Positions 13,020 through 27,371 of a DNA stretch of 64,000 bases are shown one piece after another. The notes under the pieces were generated by a model that saw only the letters and a list, made by a program, of their open reading frames with translations, did no database searches and was not told the origin of the DNA. The DNA is from Leucoraja erinacea. Its lineage: Eukaryota. The position numbers and the translations under genes are program-made. How positions within the stretch are numbered: the stretch's first letter is position 1; each line of letters begins with the position of its first letter. The stretch lies in NCBI RefSeq assembly GCF_028641065.1, contig NC_073411.1:10912001-10976000 (forward strand), written 5' to 3'.

Positions 13020-14884
13020 CTGGCACTGTGAGGCAGTGTACAGCCAGCATCAGAGGGTAAAATATAAAATAACATATCTAAGGACGTGGTGGGAAGAGGA
13101 GGATTGTAATAGTTCTCGAGGCAGCTCACCACTACCTTTAGACTTTAGAGATACAATGAGGAAACAGGCCCTTCGGCCCATCGGCCCAGCGATCGCCCCG
13201 TTCATTAACGCTATCCTACACGCTAGGGACAATTTACAATTTTACCAAAGGCAATTAACCTACAAACCTGCACGTCTTTGGAGTGTGGGAGGAAACCGGA
13301 GCACCAGGAGAAAACCCACGCAAGACACGGGGAGAAGGTACAAATTCTGTACAGACAGCACCCGTAGTCAGGGTTGAACCTGGGTCTCTGGCCCTGTGAG
13401 GCAGCAACTCTGCCGCTGTGCCACCGTGTGCCACTTTCGAAGGATGGAGAGTAAATGCTGACCTTGACAGCAATGGCTAGAAAAAAGGAATTGAAAAGAT
13501 ACATAGAAAATAGGTTCAGGAGTACGCCATTCAGCCCTTCGAGCCTGCATCGCCGTTCAATAGCTGATCATCCAAAATCAGTATGTTTAAGAAGGAACTG
13601 CAGATGCTGGAAAATCGAAGGTTGACAAAATGCTGGACAAACTCAGCGGGTGCAGCAGCATCTATGGAGCGAAGGAAATAGGCAATGTTTCAGGCCAAAA
13701 CCCTTCTTCAGACTTTCTCCAGCACTTTTGTCTACCTGTCTATCCAAAATCAGTACCCCGTTCCTGCTTTCTCCCCATATCCCTCGATTCCATTAACCCT
13801 GAGAGCTGCATCCAACGGATCCATAATATTTAAACTTCGAAGCTGAAAGGACAGGACTAATAAAAGCAGTCATACCTTTCAAAAGCAGTATGGGTACATT
13901 CACCCAAGGGATAGTAGTTACTCAGGGCTATGAGAAAAGTACAGACTGACTGCATACATAGTACAGGGCCAGTGGGCCAAATGGCCTCATGCTGCACTGT
14001 ACGCTTGTTTGACTTCATGTTTGGCAGCTTGGACACTGGCCAAAACTTGGGCAAATGGGAGTACAAACCTCAGAATTGGCTGGCCTCAATGTTTAAAGAT
14101 AGCAGTTTCTTGCATGCATCAGTGTACAAACTAAATTAACAGCTACTTGTGCTGTTATCAGAGTGATAACCCGCAGTTATTTATACTGCCAATACTGTTG
14201 GAATCCACCACTTGATTGATGGAGGTTGAATTACAAAGGTCTTCCTCAGGTCAACAGCTCCCTATTAAAAGGCGCTGGGTTTTTTGAGGCCTTTTACGTT
14301 GCGATTAAAAGTTCCTGTCTGTTCCACGGGGGAGGTGATGTTAACCTTTGGAGTGGAACTTTCAAGGCAAGCAACGGCCTTGTGCTTATAACAAACTGGT
14401 AACTCTGCTGCCAAATATTCTGTGTAGGAAGGAACTGCAGATGCTGGTTGCTGGTTGCAGATGCCATTCGGCCCAACTGAACCATGCTGGCCTTTCGACA
14501 GTACCCACACTCCTTCTGGACTTCATTCAATCTCAGCTGTGGCATGTTTAGTTTAGTTTAGAGATACAGCAGGGAAACAGGCCCTTCGGCCCACTGGTAC
14601 CGTGCCGACCAGCGATCCCCGCACTTTAGCACTATCCTACACGCACTAGGGATAATTTTTACATTTACCAAGCCTGTACGTCTTTGGAGTGTGGGAGGAA
14701 ACCGAAGATCTCGGGGGAAACCCACGCAGATCAGGGGGAGAACGTGCAAACTCCGTACAGACAGCACCCGCAATCGGGATCGAACCCGGGTCTCCGGCGC
14801 TGCATTCGCTGTAAGGCAGCAACTCTACCGCTGCGCCACCGTGAGTCTTGGAAACATGAATCTGGGTGTTACAGGTTTCAAATT

Positions 14885-15215
14885 CCCATACCTTCTCCCC
14901 GATGGCAGGAGTGACATGACAGCATGACCAGGGTGGTGTGTTTCCGTGATGAAGTTGACTGCCATTTAGAGGCAGCGCCTCCTGTAGATCCCTTCAATGG
15001 TGGGGATGTCAGTGCCCTCAATGAACCCGGGCAGTGCCCATCACCTTTCATAATCTCTGTCATTTCTGGGGGTTCGAGTTGCCAAACCAGGCCGATGCAA
15101 CCAGTCAATATGCTCTCTACCGTACTTCTATAGAAGTTTAAGAGGATATTCTTCAGCATATCAAATCTCTTCAATCTTCTGAGTAAGTTGAGGCATTGAT
15201 GGGCTGGCATCAATG
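14885..15215 (-). mobile_element. Older Rex1-like LINE fragment
   Basis: Degenerate LRRLKRF..LLNFYRSTVESILTGC peptide. Confidence 0.6.
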
Positions 15216-16053
15216 AGAGAGAATGAATGGTGATGGGGAGCGTAGTTCTGGATCGTATCAAGTTTCTCGAGTACCATTGGACATATCAATGATGTCCTTG
15301 GTTGTTGATTGAGAATGGTGGACAAGGACTACCAACTCTGACCAGCATTAGTTGGTAGCCTAGTCACCATCCGTACCGACTAAATTACTCTCTCAGCTCG
15401 AGATGCTTCGCCAATGCACGACAGTCTGACCACACGGCCCTAACCCCACAGGGTGGAAACGCAGCCTACCCAACAAAGTCGCAGGGACTTACTGCAGTGA
15501 GTGAGTTAAAGCCAATGCCAATTGTTAATGTGATATGAAGTGCATCATCGCTGCAGACCTATCCCCAGATGCATTGTAAAATCATTACTGGAAACTACAT
15601 TAGGATGAAACCAGTCGTTCAACGTCCATAAAATATAATGGATGTCTATAAGGGCAGAGGAAGAAGCGCAGAGAGTGATCATTTGGTCGATGGTACATTT
15701 TGCCAGTCGGATGCAACTGTGACCTGACCATACATTGCGACAGTCCTCACCTCATCATCTCACATCTCAACAGGTGGAGGCACTAAAAACTGCATCAGCG
15801 GGCAACTTTGGAAAGTGATCAGAAGCAATTGTTTAGATGCATGCTCCCAGTAATTTAGGGTTGTTATTGTCATGTGTAACGAGGTACAGTCAACAGCCTC
15901 GTTTCACACACTATCCAAACAGATAACACCGGAAATAAATGCAATCAAGTCCACATCCATAGATGGAACAAAGAGTTTAGTTTATTGTCGCATGTACTAA
16001 GGTACAATTAAAGTATTTTTGTTGCGTGCTAACCAGTCAGCAGAAAGACAATG

Positions 16054-16083
<30 letters not shown>
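16054..16083. repeat. (ATA)n microsatellite
   Basis: Direct inspection. Confidence 0.9.
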
Positions 16084-16085
<2 letters not shown>

Positions 16086-17100
16086 GGGATATCCGTAATC
16101 CATAACCATTCATTCATGGAGTGAGAGCAAAGATCAACCTCAGAATATCAATGGCAACAAACTTCAGCAGCCAGTACTGGGGGAAGCTCTGATGATAGAC
16201 AATAGATAATAGGTGCAGGAGTAGGCCATTCGGCCCTTCGAGCCAGCACCGCCATTCAATGTGATCATGGCTGATCATCCCCAATCAGTACCCCGTTCCT
16301 GCCTTCTCCCCCATATCCCCTGACTCCGCTATTTTTAAGAGCCCTATCTAGCTCTCTCTTGAAAGCATCCAGAGAACCTGCCTCCACCACCCTCTGCGGC
16401 AGTGAATTCCACGGACATATTACCTTACAGAGCTATAGACCTGGATTCGATCCTGACTACAGGTACAGGTCCTGACTGTCAGTACGGAATTCTCTGTGTG
16501 ACCATGTGGGCTTTCTATGGGTACTCCGTTGCCTCCAAAGACGTGCAGGTTTGCAGGTTAATTGGCCTCTGGACATTGTAAATTGTCTCTAGTGTGTAGG
16601 ATAGTGTGGGTGTATCAGAATCGCTGGTCGGTGCGCTGTTTCCATGCTGTATCTCTAAAACTAATGTTATTACATTATACTGCGTGGATGTTTAGTTGGT
16701 TAAAATTCCCAGTGGGAGACTAACTGCACTGTAGAGCAGCCCCGTCTGCTCACATAAAGCCATTTGCCATCCTACGCAATGAAACCTTGCAGCCAGCGTC
16801 GGGAATCTCATGACCCCCTCCTCTCCTTCAGCCACCTGTTCTACTTAATGACGCATTCGCCAAGGTTAGACGCAGGATTGAATGAATGAAAGACATGGCA
16901 TGGAAACAGGTCCCTTAGCCCACCGAGTCCACCAGACCATCGATCACACTAATTCGATGTTATCGCACTTTCTCATCCACTCCTTGCACATAACAGGCAA
17001 TTTTACAGGGACTGATTAATCCACAACTCTGCACGTCGTTAGGGTACGAGAGGAACCCCACGCGTTCGGGGGCAAACTTGGGCAGCACAGCGGTAGAGTT

Positions 17101-17311
17101 GTGATTTTTTTCGGCGACTGCCAGCGTCATATCAGTGTCGCCAATATATTTTGAACATTTCAAAATCCAGCGGCAACAAAAAATTGTTGCGACACTTGAA
17201 AAAACACGGCACATCATACGACATCACGCCAAAAGTTTTTCAGTGACCTGACATGTCAGTCAATGATGCCGGCAGTCGCCAAAAAAAATCTCCAAGTGGG
17301 ACAGGTCCTTA
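17101..17311. mobile_element. MITE with terminal inverted repeats (Harbinger-like), nested in a SINE head; related copy at 22307-22481
   Basis: gattttttt.ggcgactgcc.gcgtcat is inverted against atgatgccggcagtcgccaaaaaaaatc; ends aagtgggacaggtcc-tta. Confidence 0.6.
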
Positions 17312-17601
17312 ACTGCCTTACGAACCCACAGACCCGGTTCGATCCTGACTTCAGGGTGTAGTCTGTATGGAGTTTGTACCTTCCCCCTGTGACTGCGTGG
17401 GTTTTCTCCAGGTGCTCTGGCTTCCTCCCACACTCCAAAAGCATACAGGTTTGTAGGTTAATTGGCCTCTGGACATTGTAAATTGTCCCTAGTGTGTAGG
17501 ATAGGGACCACTGGTCAGCGCAGACTCAGTGGGCCAAAGGTCCTGTTTCTGCGCTGTATCTCTAAACTAAAGAGACTGAACAAGTATTTTGTTTTCCTAA
17601 T

Positions 17602-17700
17602 TACTCCATCTACAAAGTGGTGAAGCAGGTTTACCCCAACACTGACATCGCTTCAAAGGCCAGGAATATCCTGAATACCTTTCCTAATGATACCTGGAAA
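17602..17700 (+). pseudogene. Decayed histone H2B-like fragment
   Basis: Translates YSIYKVVKQVYPNTDIASKARNILNTFPNDTWK versus H2B [35 protein letters not shown]. No start codon, N-terminal tail or C-terminus. Confidence 0.75.
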
Positions 17701-20223
17701 ATGGTCATCATATTCCAATGCCTTTATCTTTGATGTCCCTTTTCAACCAGTGCGTTGAAAGCTATCGTTTGAAAGAAAGACAGCTAAAGACACCTTATTT
17801 ATCCACTCTGCTATTTCATAAGTGATAGGAACAGAATTAGGCCATTTGGCCCAGCAAGTCTACTCCGCCATTCAATCATGGCTGATCTATCTTTCCCTCT
17901 CAACCCCCATTCTCCTGCCTTCTTATACATCGGCTGGTAAGTTTAGAAGTTTAGTTTTAGTTTAGAGATACAGCGCGGAAACAGGCCAAATATCTGGACC
18001 GTAACTAAGGAAAATAAAAAAATGCACAGTGAATGGCACGCTCAAAATGAGCCAAATGTTGGGCTGGTGAGAGCAACAAGCGAGTCACACCTTCACACCT
18101 TGTGAGATGTGAGGGTCCCGCCATGGACTCTGCATCGGGTCCTCGCCTTTCAGCACGGAAGTCCCTGATGCAGACCCTGGGTCAAAGACATTTACAGATC
18201 ACAATCAATCCAATTGATTAGATTGGAAGGTTTCTATTAGATTGGAAGGAAGGACTTGCCATCGCCCGGTGGGGTAACAACATCGGAGGCCTGGATCGCC
18301 TCAGCGCAGGGGGAGAATAAGGAGGGAAGAGGCAGAGACTTTAAGGCTTTTGCCTCCATCACAGTGAGGAGTTGCCTGGTGAACTCACTGTGGTGGATGT
18401 TAAATTTGTGTTATTGTGTGTTTTGTTGTTTGTTATTATATGTATGACTGCAGGCAACGAAATTTCGTTCAGACCAAAAGGTCTGAATGACTAATAAAGG
18501 AATCTAATCTAATCTAATCTAAGATAGGGGACCCGACGTGGGGGGGACTGCCGTGAGGGGGGGGGGAGAACAAAGGGGACCTGACGCGGGGGGAATTTGT
18601 GGCCCTTTAAGGGCGACTATCTACATACCTTGGGTACGCAAGCATAGAATTTCGCTGTGACTCGTCACATATGACAATAAAGAATTCAATTAATTCCCAA
18701 AGTATTATATCCTCAACTCGGTCAAGCACAAAACAGCGGTCGGAAAAATAAAGTGAGTTTGGAATTTTCTGTTTATAGCAGTCCACAACTGTGTCTCTTT
18801 ACATACAAGAGAAAGCTTTCAATGCTACTCCAACTAAAAAACCCAATCGAAACTAACTGACACACACAATGCCCTAACTATCTCACTCGGCGAGCCATTG
18901 AAAGTGCAACACCAGGAAGAGAATATGCGACGAAACAGCTGCCAAAACAACCACATATCCAAGTGCCAAATGGCAAGAGAAATTCACAGCGGGTTCCAAA
19001 GAAAATAGCTGTGGAGAAATTCAGCGACAAATACAAACAAAGAGAAAACATGCAGTTAACTGGGAGGTCAGAAATAAACCCTCAGCATCACATGTGGACA
19101 CTAAATGCTGGAGTAACTCAGCAGGACAGGCAGCAACTCTGGAGAGAAGGAATGTGTAACGTTTCGGGTCGAGACCCTTCTTCAGACTTTCTTCCCTCAA
19201 CACCGCACGTGCCAGACCCAATGCTCAAAGACTTAACATGAGGACTTTTGAGAGCACTATGACATATCTCACACAGCTTCTCAATTAACCAAATGCAATG
19301 ATTAACAATGACGGCCTTTTTACTTCAAGTCTTCCTGAGTTGGCGATACTGCCGGCACGACCTTCTTTCAACCACAACACATCCAGGCCTGGATAGAGTG
19401 GACGTTGGAGAGGGTGTTTCCACTAGTGGGAGATTCTAGGACCAGAGGTCACAGCCTCAAAATTAAAGGACATTTCTTTAAGAAGGTGAATAGGAATTTC
19501 TTTAGTCAGGGGGTGGTGAATCTGTGGAATTCTTTGCCACCGAGGAGGCCGGAGCACCAGGGGGAAATCCACGCGGTGATAGGGAGAACGTGCAAGCTCC
19601 ACATGGACAGCACCCGAGGTCAGGACCCGTGTCAGGTCTCTGGCTCTGCGAAACAGCAGCTCTACCCGCTGCGCCACAGTGTTCGCTGGTCGGGCTGTGG
19701 CATCCACATCTCGTCAGGAATAAACAATGGTTCACATTTACTACAGCACAGCCAGAGGCCATGTGGCCGAGACATCTGTACCAGTAGTTACGTTCTACAC
19801 GAGCCTCAACATTTTGCTTCATCGCACCCTCTGCACAGAGCTAGCTGCCCAAGTCCCAGGTGAAACACAGGCAGAGGCAGAGAACAAACAATGCCTGCAA
19901 CTAATTAGCATCCAGCACCCTCCCACACGCACCCAATAATGGGACAAGTGAAACATGCATCGGGCAAAGCTGTAATCACAGCCAACAAAACGTAACCAGC
20001 AACTTCCCACCCACATTTACAGAGAGCGGCCCAACATATTGTTGCGAAACCTCAAAGCCAATGTGGTTGCAATGAGGTTTAAAGGTGATAATTCTCAGCT
20101 CATCCAGCAATCTTCGCCCATGTCTAGGAAGGAACTGCAGATGCTGGTTTAAATGGAAGATAGACACAAAAAGCTGGAGTAACTCAGCGGGATAGGCAGC
20201 ATCTCTGGAGAGAAGGAACAGGT

Positions 20224-20845
20224 TAGAATGTCCTTCCTCAAATTAGGGGACCAAAACTGCACACAATACTCCAGGTGTGGTCTCACTAGGGCTCTGTACA
20301 GCTGCAGAAGGACCTCTTTGCTCCTATATTCGATTCCTCTTGTTATAAAGGCCAACATGCCATTTGCTTTCTTCACTGCCTGCTGTACCTGCAATGCTTA
20401 CTTTCATAGACTGATGTGCAAGGACCCCCAGATCCAATTGTACTTCCCCTTTTCCCAACTTGACGCCATTTAGATAGTGTTCAAGAAGGAACTGCAGATG
20501 CTGGAAGATCGAAGGTACACAAAAACAACTCAGTCTGAAGAAGGGTTTCGGCCCGAAACGTCGCCTATTTCCTTCGCTCCATAGACGCTGCTGCACCCGC
20601 TGAGTTTCTCCAGCAATTTTGTGTACCTGCCATTTAGATAGTAATCTGCCTTCCTGTTTTTGCTACCAAAGTGGATAACCTCACATTTATCTGCATTAAA
20701 CTTCACCTGCCATGCATCTGCCCACTCCCCCAACCTGTCCAAGTCACCCTGCATTCTCATAGCATCCTCCTCACAGTTCACACTGCCACCCAGCTTCGTG
20801 TCATCTGCAAATTTGCTAATGTTACTTTGAATCCCTTCATCCAAA
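20224..20845 (-). mobile_element. CR1 RT fragment interrupted by a Penelope-derived fold-back insert (20479-20628)
   Basis: ISKFADDTKLGG..LQGDLDRL-type RT motif; target duplication gccatttagatagt. Confidence 0.85.
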
Positions 20846-21580
20846 GTTTCGGGTCGAGACCCTTCTTCAGTAATATTTGCATTTTAGTTCAGTTTAGTTT
20901 ATTGTCACATGTACCGAGGTACAGTGAAAAGTTTTGTTGCGTGCTAACCAGTCAGCGGAAAGACAATACATGATTACAATCGAGCCATTTACAGTGTACA
21001 GATGTATGATAAGGGAATAACGTTTAGTGCAAGGTAAAGTCAGTAAAGTCCGATCATCCGAGGGTCACCAATGAGGTAGATAGTAGTTCAGGACAGCTCT
21101 CTAGTCGTGGTAGGATGATTCAGTTGCCTGTTCACAGCTGGGAAGAAACTGTCCCAGAATCTGGAGGTGTACGTTTTCACACTTCTGTACCTTTTGCCTG
21201 ATGGGAGATGGGACAAGAGGGGGGTGGCCAGGGTGCAACTTGCCCCTGATTATGCTGCTGGCCTTGCCGAGGCAGCGCGGGGTGTGAGTGGCAGCGTGCA
21301 AGACCAAAGGCTCATTTGCTTAACTATCGTACCATGCAGAGAAAAACACACCGAGGTGGCCAAGTGTTAGCTACAAGCCGGTTCACGTCAATTCCACTGA
21401 TCCGCCACAGACGCAGCATATCTGAAGCTCCCCAGCATCAAGAACTCCAAGAACAGTACATACTGTGAGGAGGGAGGGAGGGAGGAGGAGGAGGAGGGGA
21501 GGGGAGAGGAGGAGGGGGAGAAAGATATTTCCTTGCAAGAGATTTGGATTTCACAAATAAAAATTTGTGAATCACAAACT

Positions 21581-21861
21581 GGGCAGCACGATGGCGCAGC
21601 AGTAGAGTTGCTGCCTCACAGCGCCAGAGACCCGGGTTCGATCCCGACTACGGGTGCTGCCTACACGGAGTTTGTACGTGCTCCCCGTGGGTTGTCTCCG
21701 CAGTGCCCCGGTTTCCTCCCACACTCCAAAGACGTGCAGGTTTGTCGGCTAATGTGCTTGGTAACATTGTAAATTGTCACACTTGTGTGTGGGGATCGCT
21801 GGTCGGCGCTGACACGATGGGCCGAAGGGCCTTGTTTCCATGCTGGATTTCTAAACTAAAC
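21581..21861 (+). mobile_element. HE1-type tRNA-derived SINE (representative; other copies at about 1415-1712, 9108-9395, 13135-13428, 14546-14841, 51280-51558, 58981-59275)
   Basis: A box tggcgcagcagtag, B box gggttcgatcc, conserved central domain, CR1-like tail gggccgaagggcc..ctaaactaaac. Confidence 0.88.
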
Positions 21862-24800
21862 CACAGAAGGATTGAAGGACACTCTCTGCAAGAGTGAAGC
21901 AGTTAGTTCCCCTTTACTTCCCTCTCTATTCACTCATCCGGTTCCCCTTTCGAATGGCACGGTTTAAATCTGTCTTCACCACTCCACCGTCAACAGATTC
22001 TGCATCCTCGGCACTCATTCTATGAAAACATCTTTTCCTTCATGTTGTGCCAGGATTCCTTCCCTTTCCCTCCCCCCCTGCCAATGATCAAAGCTCCTTG
22101 AAGAGTTACTTCCTTAAAGTGCATGATCAGGCACCTCAGCACTGATTCACAGAATAATCAATTCTCACTTGTAACTTCCCCCACTGACATTTCGGGTCGG
22201 GATCTTTCTAGTCAGTCCTGCCTGCATCCAGTCTGAAGAACGAGTCTGACCCAAAAAAAGTCACCCATTCTTTTTCTCCAGAGAGGCTGCCTGGCCCGCT
22301 GAGTTATGGGCCGGTCCCACACAGGCGACTGCCAGGGACTAATCTTAATGCGATTCACCTGGGGACAACTGACAACAGCAAAAATTGTCGGCACTGTCAA
22401 CGAAAATGTTTCCACATGTTGAATATTTTGTGGCAGTCGCCTGTAGTCGCCCAAAAAGCTGCCTAAGTGGGACTGCCCCATAACTTCAGTACTACGTCTG
22501 GCTTCTGTGTTCAGTTGAGGTTGCCTCTGTTGCACAGTGGCATGGTGGGTGGAGCTGCTGACTCACAGCACCAGAGACCCGGGTTTGATCCAGCCCTCGT
22601 TAATGCTACTATCGTAGCTGCCTCCACCATCGACCCTGGCTGTGTATTCCAGGTAGCAACCACTGTGAAAAAGAGTTGAACCTCTCCTTTCAACTTTTCC
22701 CCCTCACCTTAAAGCTATGGCCTCTGGTCTTTCACTATTCTATGCTTGGAAAAAAGGTTCTGACCATGTACGCTATCTGTGCCTCAATATTATACACCTC
22801 GATCAGGTCTCCTCTCACAAGGAAACAATCCAAGTCTGTCCAAACCCCTCCCCTAGTAGCTCATACCCCTAATAATAGAAACATAGACAATAGGTGCAGG
22901 AGTAGGCCATTCGGCCCTTCGAGCCTGCACCGCCATTCAATATGATCATGGCAGATCATCCAACTCAGTATCCCGTACCTGCCTTCTCTCCATACCCCCT
23001 GATCCCTTTAGCCACAAGGGCCACATCTAACTCCCTCGTAAATATAGCCAATGAACTGGGCCTCAACTACCTTCTGTGGCAGAGAATTCCACAGATTCAC
23101 CACTCTCTGTGTGAAAAATGTTTTTCTCATCTCGGTCCTAAAAGACTTTCCCCTTATCCTTAAACTGTGACCCCTTGTTCTGGACTTCCCCAACATCGGG
23201 AACAATCTTACTGCATCTAGCTTGTCCTATCTAATCCAGCCGGCAAGCTGCTAAACATTTTGCACCCTTTGCTTGTAGAAACAAGATGCCGGTTTATACG
23301 TAAGGACACAAAATGTCACCTATCCATGTTCTCCAGAGATCCTCCCTTACCTGCTGAGCTACTCCAGCACTTCTTCTGCACCCTGTTTAAGAAGGAACTG
23401 CAGATGCTGGAAAGTCGAAGGTGGACAAAAATGCTGGAGAAACTCAGCGGGAGCAACAACATCTATGGAGCGAAAGAAATAGGCAACGTTTCGGGCCGAA
23501 ATGTTGCCTATTTCCTTCGCTCCATAGATGCTGCTGCTCCCGCTGAGTTTCTCCAGCATTTTTGTCTACCTTCTTCTGCACCCTTTCGTTTCCTGCTGAA
23601 ATCCAGTCACGTTGTGGAATTCTGCACTGCTTCATAAGTTCATAGGCTCTAGGGGCAGAATTAGGCTTTTTTGGCCCATCAAGTTTCTCCAGCAATTTTG
23701 GCTGATCTATCTTTCCCTCCAACCCCATTATCCTGTTCGCTGCTGAAATCTTCCCCCCCCCACCCCCGTACCCGTACTAATAACTGGTTGAAGGAAGGGT
23801 TAATTTATCAGCTGAAGTTCAGAAAGATTGGGTGGCAAGATCGGAAAATTCGACTGTGTGTCATTTGGGCAGAGTGCTCTCTAAACCACGCACAAAGCAA
23901 CAGCTAAACTCTTTGCCAGTGGCAATTGAAACAAATACTCTCCACTCTTGATAGCAAAACAATTCACGATCAAACAGGCCAGCCGGCCATGCAGGCTGTT
24001 GGAACAGCTGAGAGGAATTACTTTTCCACTTTATTTCCATTCACTCTACGCAAACCACTGTGTCGTCAATACTGTGCAGCATGGAATTTACTCCCAAGGC
24101 CAACCTTGTGTTGCTCAGGCAGAGAGCTCTGCCCTTTCGGGTACAAACTACATGTACAGCTGTGTTTGTGGACAACCAGAAACATGGCAATCCCAACTAG
24201 TCACATAGAGTCACAAAGCACAGAAACAGGCCATTCGGCCCACCATGTCCACACTGCCCATTGTACCTATCTGCACTAATCTCATTTACCAACATTAGAC
24301 CAGCAATCTCCTATGTCTTGCCAATCCAAGTGCTTCACGAGATGCCTCTTTAATGTTTTAAGAACATTTACCTCCATCTCCCCAGGCAGTCTACAACCAC
24401 TGAGAGAGAAAAATACCCCCCTCAGATCTTCTTAAAACCTCCTACATCCCCCCTTATATTCTCTGCCTCAGCGGGCAGTGGAGGCAGGTTCTCTGGAGGC
24501 TTTCAAGAGAGAGCTAGATAGGGCTCTTAAAAATAGCGGATATGGGGAGAAGGCAGGAGCGGGGTACTGATTGGGGATGATCAGCCACGATCACATTGAA
24601 TGGTGGTGCTGGTTCGAAGGGCCGAATGGCCTACTCCTGCACCTATTGTCTATTAAATCTGTGGAATTCATTGCCCCAGGCTGTAGAGGCCAGAGTTAGT
24701 GGATATTTTTAAGGCAGAGATGATAGATTCTTGATTAGTGCGAATGTCAGGGGCTATGGGGAGAAGGCAGGAGAATGGGGTTGAGAGGAAAAGATAGATC

Positions 24801-27319
24801 AGCCATGATTGATCGGCAGGGTAGACTTGATGGGCCGAATGGTCTAACTCTGCTCCTATCACTTATGATAGGTGTTAAATAGATTAAAATAACATGGATA
24901 GATATTTGAAAGGTAAATATATCTAATATTATGGGTGAACAGCAAAATTTGCAAAAGTGGGGATTGAGCAGATGAGTAGAATGAATTGAGATGCTATTTG
25001 AAAGAGATAGCACAAACATGATGGACCAAACGACCTCCACCACTGTGAGATTCTCTGTGAGAATTGAAGCAGAAATCAGCGACCACAGACGTCCTTTCGT
25101 TTGCTAGATCTCTCGAACCGCGTTCTCAATATGGTGCAGTGTTTTAAAAAAAGACTCCACTCATAACACAAACGGTCATGTGTGTCGCCGAGGGCAGGAT
25201 TCTTCTCCTCCCAGCTGATGCTAAACAGAGAGGGTTATCTGCTTCATCAAAGCAAACGGACGAGCGTGACCACGTCGAAGGAAAACAAGTTGCGTTGAAA
25301 TAGCATCGTGTGTAACATCTGGTACTCATAAAGCACCATCCAGTTAAAAAAAAAAGACACAAAATGCTGGAGTAACTCAGCGGGACAGGCAGCATCTCTG
25401 GAGAGAAGCAATGGGTGCCGTTTCGAGTCGAGACCCTTCTTCAGACTGAGAGTCAGGAGAGAAGGAAACTAGAGATATGGAAGGGTACACAGAGCATGTT
25501 AGATGTGAAAAGGATGGATCAAAGCAGAGCATGCTCAAGGAAATGTGCAATGGTTTATTGTTGCACCCTCATCTCCGTATCCTGCCTTGTCTCTCGTTTC
25601 CCTCTCCCCTGACTCTCAGCGTGAAAAGGGTCTCGACTCGAAACGTCACCCATTCATTCTTTACATCCACAAGATGCTGGAGTAACTCAGCGGGACAGGC
25701 AGCATCTCTGGAGAGAGAGAGAGATAGAGGGGAAAAAAAGAATGAATGGGTTTAAGAGGAAACTGCAGATGCTGGAAAATCGAAGGTAGACAAAAATGTT
25801 GTAGAAATTCAGCGGGTGCAGCAGCATCTGTGGAGCGAAGGAAATATGAGTTTCTCCAGCATTTTTGTCTGCCTTCGATTTTTCAGCATCTGCAGTTTCT
25901 TCTTAACCCCATTCGTTCTCTCTCTCTCTCCAGAAATGCTGCCTGTCCCGCTGAGTTACTCCAGCATTTTGTGTCTACCTTCGGTGTATATCAGTATCTG
26001 CAGTTCCTTCCTACACAGAAGGGGAAAAACGACCCATGTTATAAAATGGGCCATTTTGCAATGCAAGAAAAATAGCAGCCACACACAGTTGCCCATGGCA
26101 GTTCCTCAGGCACCAAGTTGGTTACTAGGTTCTGTCAGCAGTTACTAAGTTGGTTCTGTCAGCAGAAAAACATTCCTGCTCTTTTCTGACGCCTGGTGCG
26201 ATATTCATATGGTGTTAAAAACAACGAACCACCAGTCAGTCACTGGACAGAAACCGTGACAAGGGCGCTCACCACAACTCACAAGCTCCAGCGCGCACAC
26301 ACGCAGCAACTGGGGCGGACAGACCGACAGACACAAAATGCTGGAGCAACTCAGCGGGACAGGCAGCATCTCTGGAAGGAATGGGTGGCCGCAGTGACTG
26401 AGATCACCCTCCTCCCTCTTGAAGGAATGCTGTCTCTCCCGCTGAGTTACTCCATCATTTTGTGCCTATCTTTGGGACGGAGAGACTGCCAAGTTTTAAT
26501 TTAACTTAATAAATCATTGAATGGAAACAAATGTATTTCACCCCCCAGAAATAATCGAATCGATTGGCAACTTTTGGGCACATATTGTGTGATCATTTGT
26601 ATAACTACCTCCAATAAAAAAACGTTCTGCTATTCAAGGGTTGATATTATCAATAACTTTGTGCCCTCAAATATTCAAACTCCTGTCGAAATTCTGACTG
26701 GAGACTTTTTTTTCGGTCTGGACTCCGTTCACTGCCAGTCTAGCTTGAAATTAACACCTGGTTCCATACGGAAGTGTTTTCACCCACAGCCCAATAACAA
26801 TGACCGTTTAGCGGCACCTCCTCTTCCGAACAGAACAACAATGCTACAGGTCTTTCGTGTGACCTGCTGGATCACAACGACGGTAACAACACAGCGATGC
26901 CCCCCTCTCCTCCCTCCCTCTCTGTGTCGGCTACCGTGAGTTACACACAGGGGAAACACATCCACATTGTCCTCCAGAAAAAAAAAACACCAAGAAAAAA
27001 AAACGCGGCACACAAACAGGAAGGAGGCCAGGCTGCACATACCGCGACCTGTCACCCTCCACCGCACCGCAGCAGCTCCTTCCCACACACACACACACAG
27101 TGAACGTTGCATTTCCGGGGTCCACAAAACACCACTCTAACCTGGGGCAGGCTGCTAACCCCGTTCCCTCTCACCTCACTCCGGGTAGCCCCGGCCGCAG
27201 GGAAGGTGCTCTCTCGGCTGAGAGCACCCTCCTCCCATTTGAAAACGCCAATAAAGTTTAAAGCGCCCTATGCAAAGGGGGAGGGGAGGAGGGGAGGGGG
27301 ACTCTCCGTCCCTGCTTAC

Positions 27320-27371
27320 CTTCCCTCGCTTTGAGCAGCACCGTGTTGGCTACGATGTTCTCTAACTCCAT
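27320..27371 (-). CDS. G protein-coupled receptor kinase, GRK4 subfamily (GRK5/GRK6/GRK5L-type), coding exon 1: MELENIVANTVLLKARE(G)
   Basis: 52 nt followed by gtaagc. The peptide is the conserved GRK5/GRK6 N-terminal helix. The paralog cannot be resolved from this exon. Exon 2 was not found in 1-27319, so intron 1 is probably >27 kb. Confidence 0.95.

Noticed and set aside
21581-21660. tRNA-like sequences with A and B boxes
   Set aside because: They are heads of HE1-type SINEs that continue into the SINE body and tail, not tRNA genes.
1-27319. GRK exon 2 (GGGxRKGKSKKW..)
   Set aside because: No matching exon found by eye; probably beyond the window, although a miss cannot be excluded.
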